Below are positions 10,437 through 23,500 of a stretch of DNA of 64,000 nt, piece by piece. The stretch spans positions 3,480,275 through 3,544,274 of the forward strand of contig CM082587.2 in assembly GCA_040954595.2 (NCBI GenBank), written 5' to 3'. The notes under the pieces were generated by a model. It had not been told where the DNA came from. It was given only the letters and a program-made list of their open reading frames with translations, and searched no databases. How positions within the stretch are numbered: the stretch's first letter is position 1; every line of letters begins with the position of its first letter. This stretch comes from Balanoglossus misakiensis (Eukaryota; Animalia; Hemichordata). Both the position numbers and the translations under genes were made by a program.

Positions 10437-13400
10437 TCAGCACCGATCTTCAGCTTCTCTGAAGTCTGTTCTGTACTGTACGTTTTCCGTCGTATCCTTA
10501 GAAGCCAACATGAAGTTCGATGAACTGTCTTGCCTGTCAACAGAACCGTTTTCGTCGGGTAACTTTTCCGTATCCATAAAGTCCTCCGGTGATTCATACG
10601 AAACAACTTCTTCGAACACGTCTTTTCTCATGAAACTTTGCTTCTGAAAGCTGGAAGAAATATATTCTGGTCTTAGTTTCAGAAGACAAAACAAACTGTT
10701 TCTGGCCAATCTGTTGTTTTATTAACGCGTTCTGATTGGATAAAAACAGCTGGCCAGGATACAGTTTCGTAATACATTCGTCCACTGCACATGGAATGCG
10801 CTGGTTTGCACATCGCTAACCTATATTCTGGTTTCCTGTCCCGGTCTGCTGTTGCACTCATTTGATAGCACAGCGCCAGTCAGCGCTAAAATTGGGACAG
10901 GGAACCAGACTCACCACTTACCTTTCTTTGCAACATAACCTTCGCAGTCTGGTGACACTAAGCAACGCCACAGCCGCAACGAGAATTCCAACCCAAACCA
11001 AAACTGCTATGATGGTTACCGCCTCTGCATCTAATTTAATTCAATAAGGGTACGGATGTTACAATCAATGTAATCTTTTAAAAGTCTGAATACAGACAAA
11101 ATGGCTGATTCCGTCGGATGTGGGTAGATAACACAGAAATCATCAGAACATTTTCAGCGCATGAGTATTTTATCGTTGCGGGCTGGTAAGCCTGCAGACA
11201 CGAGACTTGGCTTGTATACGGGAGCGGATAATTAACACATACGCATTACCAAAATCATCACCTACCGTTGACAATATCTGCAATTTCACACCTCACTCCA
11301 TAGAAGTTTGAAGTACATCTGTCAAAAAGGAAAGTGCATCCACAAGTAAATAAGTACTAGTATTAAGTGAGCATATAAATATTGCCCATTGGAAATGGAT
11401 ATTTAGAGCTGTGACAGTTCTTTAAGTCCAATCAACATAGACAGATAGAAAGACGGTGGACCACTGCGCCACCAACCATGTCACTTACATGCACTTGATA
11501 AGCTCATCAGAGCCATCAACAGCACAGCGTCCGCCATTGCGACAGTAATCTCGGTTGTTGGCACAGTACGCCACGCACTTATCCGGTAGTAACGTACACT
11601 CCATTTGATCTGGGCAGGGTTTCACGTTGCACCAAGTAACTCTGAACTTTTCACCTGAAATTATTGAAACAGTTCTTGAAGTTATACTTTCCCTGCATTC
11701 AATCTGATGTCGCTAATGATGTTTTTGTTTCATCAAAGTATTCCCCGCAAGGCCAGTGAACCCATACTTGCCTTCTGGCGAAAACGCATCCAACGCCGAG
11801 GACACATAGCCACCCATCTGACCAGAGTTCACGCCGGAGTAGATAGCTTCGAGAGATTTGTTACGGGTGGACTCGCTGACCGGTCCGTCGAATACAACGA
11901 CGACCTCGGCAATGACACTTCCAGGTCTGTAGGTTTTATGCAAAATACAGGACTCCATAAGGTTGTAAGGAAAGTCTGGGGATAGCTTGTTACTGTCAGG
12001 CAAACATTCAAATGTATTATGCCACTACAATAACAAAGTTTTAGAGCAGACAAATACTCATGTTGACGGGAGCTACAAACCTCATGCCTGTAACCACAGC
12101 AAGGTAAAATCCATTAACCAACGCCATTTCCAGTAGACGAGTGACCTAACCAATAAATAGAGAACATGAAAGTGGTTGGTTTAGAAGACAGTGGTCAAAA
12201 AGACGACAAACCCTCAGTGTAAAAGGTGCGACTCTCATTATAAAACTCTTACCTCAGTTTCTAGTGCAAATGCAACAATTGCAAACTCGCGATGAGACGG
12301 AGTCAATACGTCCGAATATTTCACGGCTAATGTGATTTCGATGTAAAGCTTGTGATCTTCAGGGAAATCTGCAAATAACACGAACAAATTACTTAATTGT
12401 ATTTGTTTCTATTAAAGGCTCAGATTTACCAACACCTATACCAGTGGCTGTAAGAATTGCCTTGCATTACCAGTTAATGATACGACTGTTACGACAAAAG
12501 TGCATCGTTGTTCGTTGTCCGATTGGTCAGTGGCGGTGTAGACCACTCGGTGCTGCCCGACTGCGAAGGTGTCAAACGGCTCCTTGGAAGCGGTTACTGC
12601 GACATCCCCTCCCGAGTTGTCCGTCGCCGACGGGGGGTTCCATGTGACGAAAACAAGTCCGTCGTCACTGCTCACGCCGCGGATAATGTCGTCAGGGCAG
12701 TTGGTAAAAGACGGCTTTTCGACATCTGGAGAGCGACGAATAGATATTAAGATATCTCTGTTACAGTAGTAGATGTGTTTTGAGACTAAATAAAGATGGT
12801 AGTAAACCAGAAAGAGAACGCCGGTTGATAAATGAAGTTATAATTCTGGAAAGTGTCACTATTACCTTCAACGAATATCGTGAAATCACAGAAACTCGTG
12901 TGTCCGGTCGGATCTACCGCCCAGTACTCGATTTTGTTTTCGCCTATAGGGTAGGTGTTATCCGGACTGTGTCGTGAAAACAACTGCACATAGCCTGAAT
13001 TATCCGTAGCAAATGGTTCATTCCAGGTGACAGTGGCGTAGGATTGTCCTGTTGGTGCATCCACGTAAATATTTGATGGACACAAGTGTATGGCGGGCCC
13101 TTGAATGTCTGCAAAATGAATACAGATAGCAATAATTACAATGTATTTTAATTGCATTATCTTTACCAATCGGTTCGTAAAGTCCAGTTTTGTATACGAT
13201 GAAACTACGCCACGGCAGACTTTTGGTCTAGGCTATACTGGAAGGAGGCTTTGGCTAGCAAACATGTAGGACAGATTACGAGCTCTCACCGTCTTGGCAA
13301 GTAGTTCCAGACCAGCCGGACGTACATTCGCATTCGGCGGAGTTCCCGACGACTCGGCATATTCCCCCGTTCTGACAAGGACTAGGGGTGCAACTCAGTG

Positions 13401-16400
13401 CTGTGTGGAAGAGAAAACATTTTCACCAGTGTTTCATTCAGTAGCCACGTATTGGAACAAAAATGGACCAGGACGACCTGCCTACCAAGCACCATATTTC
13501 AGAGAGTAATTCTGAAGAGTCGTCAGATAAGGGTTACAAAGAGCAAGAATCTATTGGTCGTTTATTCCTACCTTCCTCGCAATTGATTCCAGACCATCCA
13601 GCTGGGCAGATGCAATAGTAGTCACTATTTGAATTCGTGCACGTTCCGCCATTTTGGCACGGACTACTTTGACATGCTGTTAGAGTGGAAGAGAGAATAT
13701 AAACATAAGTCCATAGAAAACCAAAATTCTATTGCTACTTAATGTAGGATGCAGAAGGGTACAAGTATAAAGTTCAAATTTGAAAATAAATATTGCCAAA
13801 TTTGCCGATGTGCTTAAGATTCGTCTTATATACTAACTTGGGGTACTTGTTCAGCATTTCAAATCCGCTTACCTTCCCCTGAACACTCTGTCATGTTGCA
13901 TTCTTCTACCGTGACGGGTTTCGAATAGTCATCACATTTCGGCGGCAGGCTAAGGCGTTCAGGCTGACAGGACACATCACGAATGCGAAAGCCAATTCCA
14001 CACTCTGTTGAACACTGGGACATTTGAAAGACAAATGGCCAAACGTTAAAGCTTCAATTCACTTACATTTGTTTGGTAGAGCCTGGGTCTTACTTATGCC
14101 CATTCATTGGCACATTCGCCATGCTTTATGTTAGACTGTCTTGAAGAAAAAAAAACAGGATCTGTTTCAGTCATTTACCTCAGAAAATGGCCCCGTAACC
14201 CATTTCCCATTACAGGGGTCTGCGTTACAGGCCCTTGTCTCCGATGGAGGTCTGTTGTCTTCACTGCACAGAATGCTGTCTGCTTCGCCGAGTAGTACCC
14301 CTTCGACAACGTTGTAGCACAGCCATTGGCGTGTATGGAACGACTCTCCACACGTGGCGTTACAATGTCCCCACGGGCCAAGCAACCATTTGTAGCTAGA
14401 AAAACAACAATTGCAACAACTTCTATTACCAAAATGATCATACCTCAATCAGCTTCTTCGCATAACACTATAAATCCACTGAGTCAAGCCGGGACTGCAC
14501 CATATTTGCTCAAATATGCTTGAGAAACTGTCCACCTATAGCTTAGACTTTTATGAGAGGCTTATTTGCAGTCAAAATCTGAAATCAGTGTACATGTACC
14601 ACACCTGCTAGGGCATCTGTCCAAGTTGCAGGGCTCTACTGAAGAAGGCGCTGAAGTGTCGTTGCAACTGACCGGGTCCAGGACTATTCTCTCGTCCGTT
14701 CGAAGTACACAGTATACATCACGGCTTTTGTTTCCATTCCCACAGCTGACAGAACACTTAAACGTGGTAGAAAAAAAGAACGGTTTCGTATCGTTTGTTT
14801 CATTTATATATCGAGTCGCCAAATGTGACAATCAACCCAATGTGATATATTCTGCGTCTCTGATCTGCCCACAGTTTCTCACATGCTGTAGGATACACTA
14901 ATGTCATCACTTGACACTTACTTGCGACCATTCCGTCTCGCGCCACACACCAACACACTCTTCGGCAGAACAGTCCCGCTCAGTGACTGGCTGTACAATC
15001 CCCGCAAACTCACACAAAGTGTCGTTCACTATTTCTGGAAGTTCAGGACCGAGTCGCACACACCAAAGATTTCTGCTCTGGATACCAAGCACGCAATCAC
15101 AACTTCTCCACGGTCCGCTGATATATACGTAAGTGATTCTGAAAGTAAGAATAAGATGTAAACCAATTTTGACTCCATGATTCACTATCTGTACTGGTAG
15201 TTCTGGATTATTTACCCCTAAAACTAACAACGGCTATCTTAGGGAAACAAGAACTAATGTATTCAGTGATGAGTTATAGTTCTACCTACTGCTGTATTTG
15301 GCAGTCTGGCTGCTGGCAAGGTTCTGAAGAGTTTGGTTTTATCAGGTCAGAACAATATTCCTCGGCAGCTTCATCCCCCGTTGGTTCAGAGATGCACACG
15401 ACACTTCTCGTCTTACTCCCTTCCCCACATGTGACAGAGCACTTGAAAAAAAGAAGCAACCGATTCTTAATGTGGAGTACAATTGAACATTTTCTCTTCG
15501 AAGTCAGTTTGACTTCTTTGAGTTTGTTAGATACTTGCGTGTTTGTCTGCAAGTCCCTTTATCCAGTCTGTGTGTATGTGCGTCTGTTTTTCTTTGTCTG
15601 GTTGGGTGGTGCGTGACCCTGTCTGGTCGTACTTTTATTCAGTTTTGAGGGTCAGAGCGAGAATTGACCTGAACAATATAGGGACGGCATGATAAATTGA
15701 TAAAGTGCCACGGCTGTGACGTCATTGACCCGTGTCTGTTTTTTGTTGTTGTATTACACACCCCCGGGTACTTACCTCAGACCATTCGGAGTGGGAAAAG
15801 TGGTACCAGCGGCATTCCGAGATATTCGGACAAAGTCGGTGTGTTTCGGGTTTCGGTAACCCTTCTTCCTCACAGTATAGATCGGGTTGTTGAAAACCAA
15901 GCTCTATATCGACGCAAGTCACGTTACGATACTGCCAGCCTTCGACGTCGACGCCGCAAGTAATAGAACACTGAAATATGTATGAGAACATCTGTACCAT
16001 CTGATCGATAACTACTTAAAGCAAATGGTATCACCAGAATGCAAGCCACTTTCATGACCCCTACATGAACTTATATCCTTGTACTTCCGTTGCTATGCGC
16101 TGTCAGAATTCAACATTTTGTCACAAGAAATGTGTAAACTGTTGCTCAAAAAGAGTCACTTTTGTAAATCGGTACCCACGTGTACGTTTGACTACAGTTG
16201 CAATAACATGCGTGAAGTTAACCCACCTCCGACCAGTCACTAAGTTCGTAGTCATAGACATAGCACAGAGAAAGGTTTAGGCACGGTCGTATAGTGTTTG
16301 GTTTAACCAACTGTACAGACATGCACATCGATTCTTCGATGACCTGCCCTAACGACATGTCCATGCAGTACACATCGCGCACTTGAACACCATCGGATGT

Positions 16401-18300
16401 ACAGGTCGCGTTGCACTGAAACAGAAAGATAAAATCCGTGGTTACTTTATCGAGGTCAGCTAACTGTCCCTGTGGTCCTTTGTATACAAAATTTGCCTGT
16501 CGGTCCCATCATATTATCACAAATCAATTACCTCTTTCCAGTCGGTGACCTCATATGCATACCCCACTTCAAGGCAGGGGCCACTGTTACACTCGCTCAC
16601 TTCCGGTTCCAATTTGAGGACGCCATTTTGGTCACAGGTTGAATCGCTGACGACGTTTTGCGTTACCAGATCGAAACACTCGAGGACGCGTGCTCTGACA
16701 CCAAACCCACACGTAACCGAACACTGAAAAAGAAGAAGATTTGATATCAAAATATCTGGACAACATTTCCCTCCGGTTTCTTGTTGACAAAATCAAAATT
16801 TAGCAATTCTTTACGTTTTACAGAGTTGGACATAGAACCCACAGCTGATACCCCCCCCCCCCCAATACTAATAGCCTAAAGTTGGAAACGCCAATATTTT
16901 ATTCGGCGTGGTGAATATAAAGAAAATGGTGACATTACCTCACCGAATAAGCTGCCTTGCACCCATATGTACCGTTGAAATAATTCCCTCCGCAGTCGTA
17001 TCTTACTGTTACCTACTTCGAAAGAAAAGAACCGAGGAATAAGATGGGTTTATTCGGTTCAAGAAAGACAGACACACAAGGATGTCATTCTATATAAACC
17101 GCCTAGCCATGCGAAATCTCGCAGGATCTCGTGGAGTTCGAAAAATGGTCTATTGCACCTGCCTTGTGTCTCATGTGCCGTTCTTGCCGTGTTGACCCTC
17201 GCCTGTGAAGCAATCCAATCAACCTGGAGAGAAGACAAGAAAGACAGTGAGAACAAGGACCACTTCAGTGCTATGCAATCGGACGTGGAAGAAATCTGGG
17301 CCGAGTGACAGCGCTAATCCGCCATGTTGTATCCTCCATGGTTGTATTCACTCAAGCACAGTCCTCTCTTTCTTGAGCGACTGTGATCGAAAGCACTTTA
17401 TAACCAGTGTCAACAGTGCTAGTGCCTTGTTCAGTCACACTTTGTTGACAAAGAACGCCCAATCGTTGGATGTACCAACAAACATGGTGACGGCACGTTG
17501 GTCTGGTTTTCAAACACCAGAGCTCGTAACCTTGATGATCCATGTCTTATTTATTACACATTCATAAACTGGATCTTAAGCCTTTAAGGGTGTGTTTTCA
17601 ACTTGGACACACCAAACTATCAACATGTCCATGACCTTGGGACTGGACATACCAAAGCCTTTCAAAAAAACACTATCCGAACGACTTTGACCCCCCTAAC
17701 AATTACAAAAATTCGTATGTCATTTACGAGACTATATAAGCTTAGGGTTGGTACACAATATGACTGCGTCAATGATCGGCTCCCCCCCCCCATGTCCTTA
17801 GACAAGCCTTTGAAAGGTAGCGAAGGATGGTGAAGACTCAGTCGTAAACCGTAATGGAGTGCCCTCTCATTGCATAAAAGATACCGATAAAAAATGGCAT
17901 CACATGCCACATTCATCGGGTCCACTGTTAACATCTAATTAACCCCAATATAATTTATATTCTGTGTACAACACATGATAATGGTATGCGCACGCCAACA
18001 TTCTCACAAAACTCGACCACAGCATTATGCCTGTGTCAATTCTTATAAGATTCAATCCTCTCACGGAGCTACCACAGACTTGAAATCACTGCAATTGTAC
18101 GGACGCCCGTACCAGTACTAGGTAGGGATTTCAACGCAACCTCGAAATACCTCAGAATATATAAGCATTGGGAAATGGAGAAACCACCTGTGGAGCAATT
18201 ATCATACCTGTTCCGCTTCGTCTGGCGTGGCAGTGACACCGATGTTAGAACTTGGTCCGAAAGCTGCCAAAAGCAACAAGTACTGAACAAAAAGGTACAT
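10437..18300 (-). CDS. Type I membrane protein: signal peptide, furin site, 8 ADAMTS-type TSP1 repeats, 2 EGF, 2 HYR, SEA, EGF-like, TM, acidic cytoplasmic tail; no protease domain
   Basis: ATG 18300 (MYLFVQYLLLLAAFG). KIRLRR at ~16990. TSP1 exons (CSVTCG-type) between 16725 and 13873. EGF exons ~13677-13571 and ~13410-13290 (CQNGGxC...C.C..GWSG..C). HYR exons ~13108-12866 and ~12725-12470 (VTWNEPFATDNSG, VTWNPPSATDNSG). SEA exons ~12370-11770 with RPGSVI. EGF-like exons ~11655-11265. TM VTIIAVLVWVGILVAAVALLSV at ~11030-10922. Last exon ends at the stop at 10437. The exon 2/3 junction is less certain. Confidence 0.85.
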
Positions 18301-20563
18301 GATTTGGGGGAGACCAAGCCCGCCTATGAGCTATTTGAGCGTCTTGGGTCGAAAGTGGCACAGGCGTGTTAACATTGAAGGATACTAACTTTCACTGCGT
18401 GTATACACACTGTATATGTCTAGGTTGATGTTGTTTGAAGAACAAGCGCTCGATTCATATGGAAATAGCTAGTGTGTACCCAATGGGAGTGCAACACAAA
18501 AGACCGTCGTCGACCCAAGCAAGTCGCCTTAGCATTAATTTTCGATTAACTGGTACATGAAAGGGATTGCAAAGTTCGCGGTGCGGTGCGTCCAATGGGA
18601 TCTGTGCTTTCACTGGTCCGCTCAGACTGTACTGATATCAAAGCAGAGACTGAGTGTGAAGGATGGAGATGCGAGTCTTTGACCAGTGATGTCATGAGGT
18701 CGCCGGAATGCTACTACATTCAGTACACGGGTTGAATGGTATTTTTCGCTGGGTGGTGGCGCTAGCCCGCTAGCCCAGGCATGGAACCTCCGACGGGTAC
18801 CTTCGATACGTTCTCATTCAAAGCGCCCCCATCTTGAAGAACGCAACTTGACCAACGTAGCGAGCAAGTCTCCGCACAAAAGCGGACAATTTGGGGCCAC
18901 AATATAGACTTAATTAGCATAGCTACAAACTATTCTCGGGTTTTGTCGAGTGTCCGTGATGGACTGAACGATTTCTATGGTTTTGTCTTACCCGCCATCA
19001 TGACTCAGCCTGGGCGTGAATGGGTGTCGCCCTCATCACTTTTGTTTTAACAATCAATGGGAAAGACAAGAGAAACAAAAGTCTTTGTTATGGTTCCAAG
19101 ACACTAGTAAGAAAAGAGGCAATTTTCGGTCAATGTTTCAAAAATCTCCACACAGCTTCCGCTTTGAATGTGGTCCAGTGCTTTGTTAAAGTTTTCCGTA
19201 AAATTGTGCCGTTTGCCCATAACAGTACATGGACTTTGATTACATCAGTGTCTATGATTACATCATGGATGTGTTGCAGTAACAAAAAAGACTTGTTTAT
19301 ACAACAAGTCCCTGGGAGGGCGTGGCACGGTTTGACTCACGGGGCGCCCTCGTATGGTCCAGTACCCTTTTTATGTAAAAACACGACTCAAATGATGACC
19401 CCACCCTATACTATACCCCACAGGTAGTGGAGTGCGGCACCGACTGGTACAAGTCGATCAAGGCATTAGTCACTCATAACTTGCTCTACATTTAGCACGA
19501 TAAACACCGGTGTTACACGTAGACAGTCGGGTCCATTGTCGAGAGTATTTAAATAACGTTGAGCACGTTGCTTCCATGTTTGCTGCGAGCACACACACAT
19601 ATTGGCCTGGCACAAAAAAACGTCCATTCCCAATGGGTCACCACCCAAGGCAATGGTCATTCACAGAAAGGCGCTGGTTGTAAGCTTTTCAAAACAGACC
19701 GCACCATTCATATGACTTGATGACTTTTGATGTGGATGTATTCATTAACATATCAGTGTCGAGCTATCCAGTTTTAGAGCCCAATTCTCCGGGGTCTTTC
19801 TCGGTTTGCTAATAATCAGTGCATGTTCGTGAGTGAAAATACACATAGTCACATATATCCCCCTAATCGATTCCACGAACATACCAGGCCTCGTAAACCG
19901 GTCGTAAAGCCCATTCAACTGAACTTACTTCCACCAGGCATTGACTATGTGTGTGAACAAGCGAGATATGTGATGTTTTAACCAAGAAAATGATTGATAA
20001 AAGTCACATATTAGAACTAGACAAATAAACTTTTCTCGTTGCTGTGACAAGTATTCTCGCATTGTCGTTATGGAGTATTCGCAGAGTACCTTCCGTATTT
20101 AAAGGTCGCGAGATGTACTATGTAGAAGTACCTGTTACACATCAGCTAGCAGACCCCTTGAAACTCGATGACCGGGGATACGGAATGGAAAATAGGGTCG
20201 AGCGTCACACCCACTGGAAGATTTTTATTTCCGTTACCGCTTCCCATCGCTTGGTGTGTGTTAAACACTCTTGCGAGAAATAAGCGAAAGCCAATAATCG
20301 TGTTGCAGAGAAAAACCTGACCAGAAATCGCTTGCTACACCTGTTCACGAGGGCGTTAAGTCCCCGTCTCTCCCTGTTGTAAAGAATGGATTCGTCCGAA
20401 AGAATAGAAATTAAGACCCTTTCACTTCTATTTGAATATGAAAAAGTGGAAAGAATGTTAGTCCTTTGAAGCCGAGCACTCTACGTTGCAAAACCTTCTT
20501 CCGTACATATAGCCTCCCGTTTGAAGGCGACCAGTGCTAGTGGTCCACCCTCAGGAGGTCGCC

Positions 20564-23500
20564 ATGGTTCCTACCAACTTTCTGCTGATTCTTGGCGTCT
20601 GCCTGACAGCTGGCCTCATCTCTGCTGTACCACTAAGCAGTTTGCATTCGGTGAGTAGAGAGAAACAAATCTTTGCGTCAGAAAAGTTGCCAGGACCACG
20701 AATTTGTGCCCAGCTTTAGATTTGACTCTGTGCCAGAGAAATCCACGCCCGATTTTGTTTTCAAGTAGTGCGTTAAGTTTCATAGGCGGGTCGATTGCTC
20801 TGGCGTTTACTTTGGATAATTCAACAGGTGGTTGGATGAGATTTAACTTTAATATTTGTCAGTTTTATATCTGTGTGGTAGTTATTATGTATGTTAATGA
20901 ATGTGACGCAAATTGATTAGGACACCCGTATCTAGCTTTCCGGAATAATTTTAATACCAGCAACAATTATGTGTGTGTAGTGCTTGTACATACACGAACA
21001 GTTCTGAAATTGGCCTTAAAGGTACGATTTTCAGAGAAAACAATTTGAATTGTATTTCATTTACACGGATTTTGCGAAGCTAAAAACAGAGAAACGCTCG
21101 CCAGTCGACTAACCAACATCTTTAGTTGGAAATAAATTGTCCGGCAGCGGGTGATCTGAAAGTGAGCGTATTCAAGTTCTTGAAACTTGGGATTAAATCA
21201 GATTTGAAAAAGAATGCAAATCACGTTTCTAACAATAGACTATCAGCCTATCAGTCTATTGTGTTGTGTTATATTGTCTTTGTCATGCAAGACGATAGGT
21301 CAAGTTGACCCCCACCCCAACCCATGCATCAGCAATTCGAAAACTTCGAACTCTGGTATGCGAAATATGTTAAAAGTTGTCAATCACAAGACACGCGAAT
21401 AAAACATTACCTGTCGCATTTTGAGCTTTTTTTTAATCTTGGAGAATACACACTATACATGTACTTAAAGGCAATGGTTACAAATGGACAGTTCGGAAAA
21501 TACTGTATATTTATAGAGCCTGAAACGACCTCGCTGGTTAACTATACAATACAACCTACACATGTCTTGCTCCATTTAAAAGCATCGATGCATATCGCTT
21601 GGTGTCACGATTGTCAGAGGTGACACGAATTCACTGATTGTAATTTGCGAGATGCACGTTGTAGGGAATGTTATACAGACCCCATCCTGACGACAGTGTA
21701 TTTCAACTGCATGTGGCGTTGACAAAATACTTAGAGACAAAAATCTGCAATTTAATTTTCACTTCAAATCAAGGGAAATTACGAGATTGCAATTTGCTAT
21801 TTTGTTTTCAAATTTACTTTTCTTTTCACAGGAAGTACACACTCTCACTCACGAAGAGCTGTCTCATTATGTGGGAACAGTCAACAAAGGCGAAGGTTAG
21901 TGTCATATGATCTAGTTTATCATTGGGAAGGATTAGCTTTCGTCTAGTTTCAAATTGATTTCGTTAAATCAAAGACAGTCTCTTCCTACTGTCTGTGGTC
22001 AACCAATCATGCCGTAAATCACGTACAATTAACTATTTAAATAGGACCCGTCTGTAGCAAGTATCTTATACCATGTACTTTCTTTTAAAATGAGATTTCA
22101 CTGCACGCGTGTTGATATGTCCAGTCAGGTGTTACAACAACACCGGTACCAATCGGAGGAGGTCCTGTGTGACCATGTTGCTTCACGACTTGGGCATGAC
22201 CTCTGATAGAAGTTTCATGGCATACCAGCATTTTTGTCATGCGTACGATTAGATTATACCATCACTCTGTGTGTACTTAGAGAACGGGCAACACCGACGC
22301 GGTGCCCTCAAATAAATGATAATTTTTGGATGACTGCATTCAGATATTTAATAGACAGACGAGAGTCTCCACATTCCACGACGGCGATCTTGGGTAGGTG
22401 TATTAAGACATCGAAGCGAATGTTTTGAGAACAGTCATGTGTGTCGGATCAAAGGGCTTGACCACAGGGGCAGTCAGAATAAATACCGAGGGCGATTGTC
22501 GCAAAATTTCTGACATGCCAAGTCAAATATATGTATAGGGTCTGTAGATGATGTATTATTGCCAATAAAAATATATAATTTTGTTTACAAATCTTGTTGA
22601 CATGTTAAACTTCAAATTAAAATTCTATGGCAGTTTGTCAACTTGAAAGTTTGCGTTATTCTTGGTACCAAACATGAACGGTGGCGACTTTCACTGTAAG
22701 GTAATCCCTTTGTGTGGATAAACGGTTTTAGTGAAAGAAAATAATGTCTCGAGTGACAATATAGCCCGCCAGGTTCCATTGTTGTCGTGAAATGGCGTGC
22801 TGGGTATTAGTCAGTGGTGAAAGAGAATCATAAACCGGGAACCAAAAAATAGCAGAATCAGACATGGTTAGGTTTTAACCCCTCCGTGTGCAAATCGTCC
22901 CGTTATACAATCGGCCGTTCATCTCCCACCGGCGAGGAACAGGGTGACCACTGGGAAGTGGGACTTGTGATACTTGGAAAGGTCATGATCTACCGTTTCG
23001 ATCAAATCGTTCGGCTAGACAATCATCCATTGACATCTCGCCCTTTTGGCCAAAGGTGACGAGAAGTAGGACTTCGACTTAAAAAAATAAACTCTTGACC
23101 TACCTGCTGAACCAAGTTGCAAGTGCGTGACACGACAACTCCATTTGACTAAGATAAATGCAAACGATGTAATAAATATGAGAATATTGTCTTTCAGTTC
23201 CAGATTTTGAGATAGTCAATCCGTGGCCGATTCGCAGAAAAGGGCGGTCAGTCAACGATGTGGACGTACAGGAACTGGAGTACATCTTCACCGCGTTTGA
23301 AGAGGAGTTCCACCTCATTCTGGAACCAGCCTATGATTTGTACACGGACAGCCTGCTGATCCAAAACTCGTGGAGGAATGGATCCACTCTTCGTCCTGCG
23401 TCCAAACACTGCTACTACCAAGGCACATCTCTGTACCACAATGGATCGACAACGTTCGCCAGCACTTGCTTTGGGGGTGTGGTGAGTGCATGGATGCGTT

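Noticed and set aside
18400-20500. ORFs in the region between the divergent TSP1 genes (e.g. 19020-19427)
   Set aside because: No domain motifs or coherent splice pattern; treated as intergenic/UTR sequence
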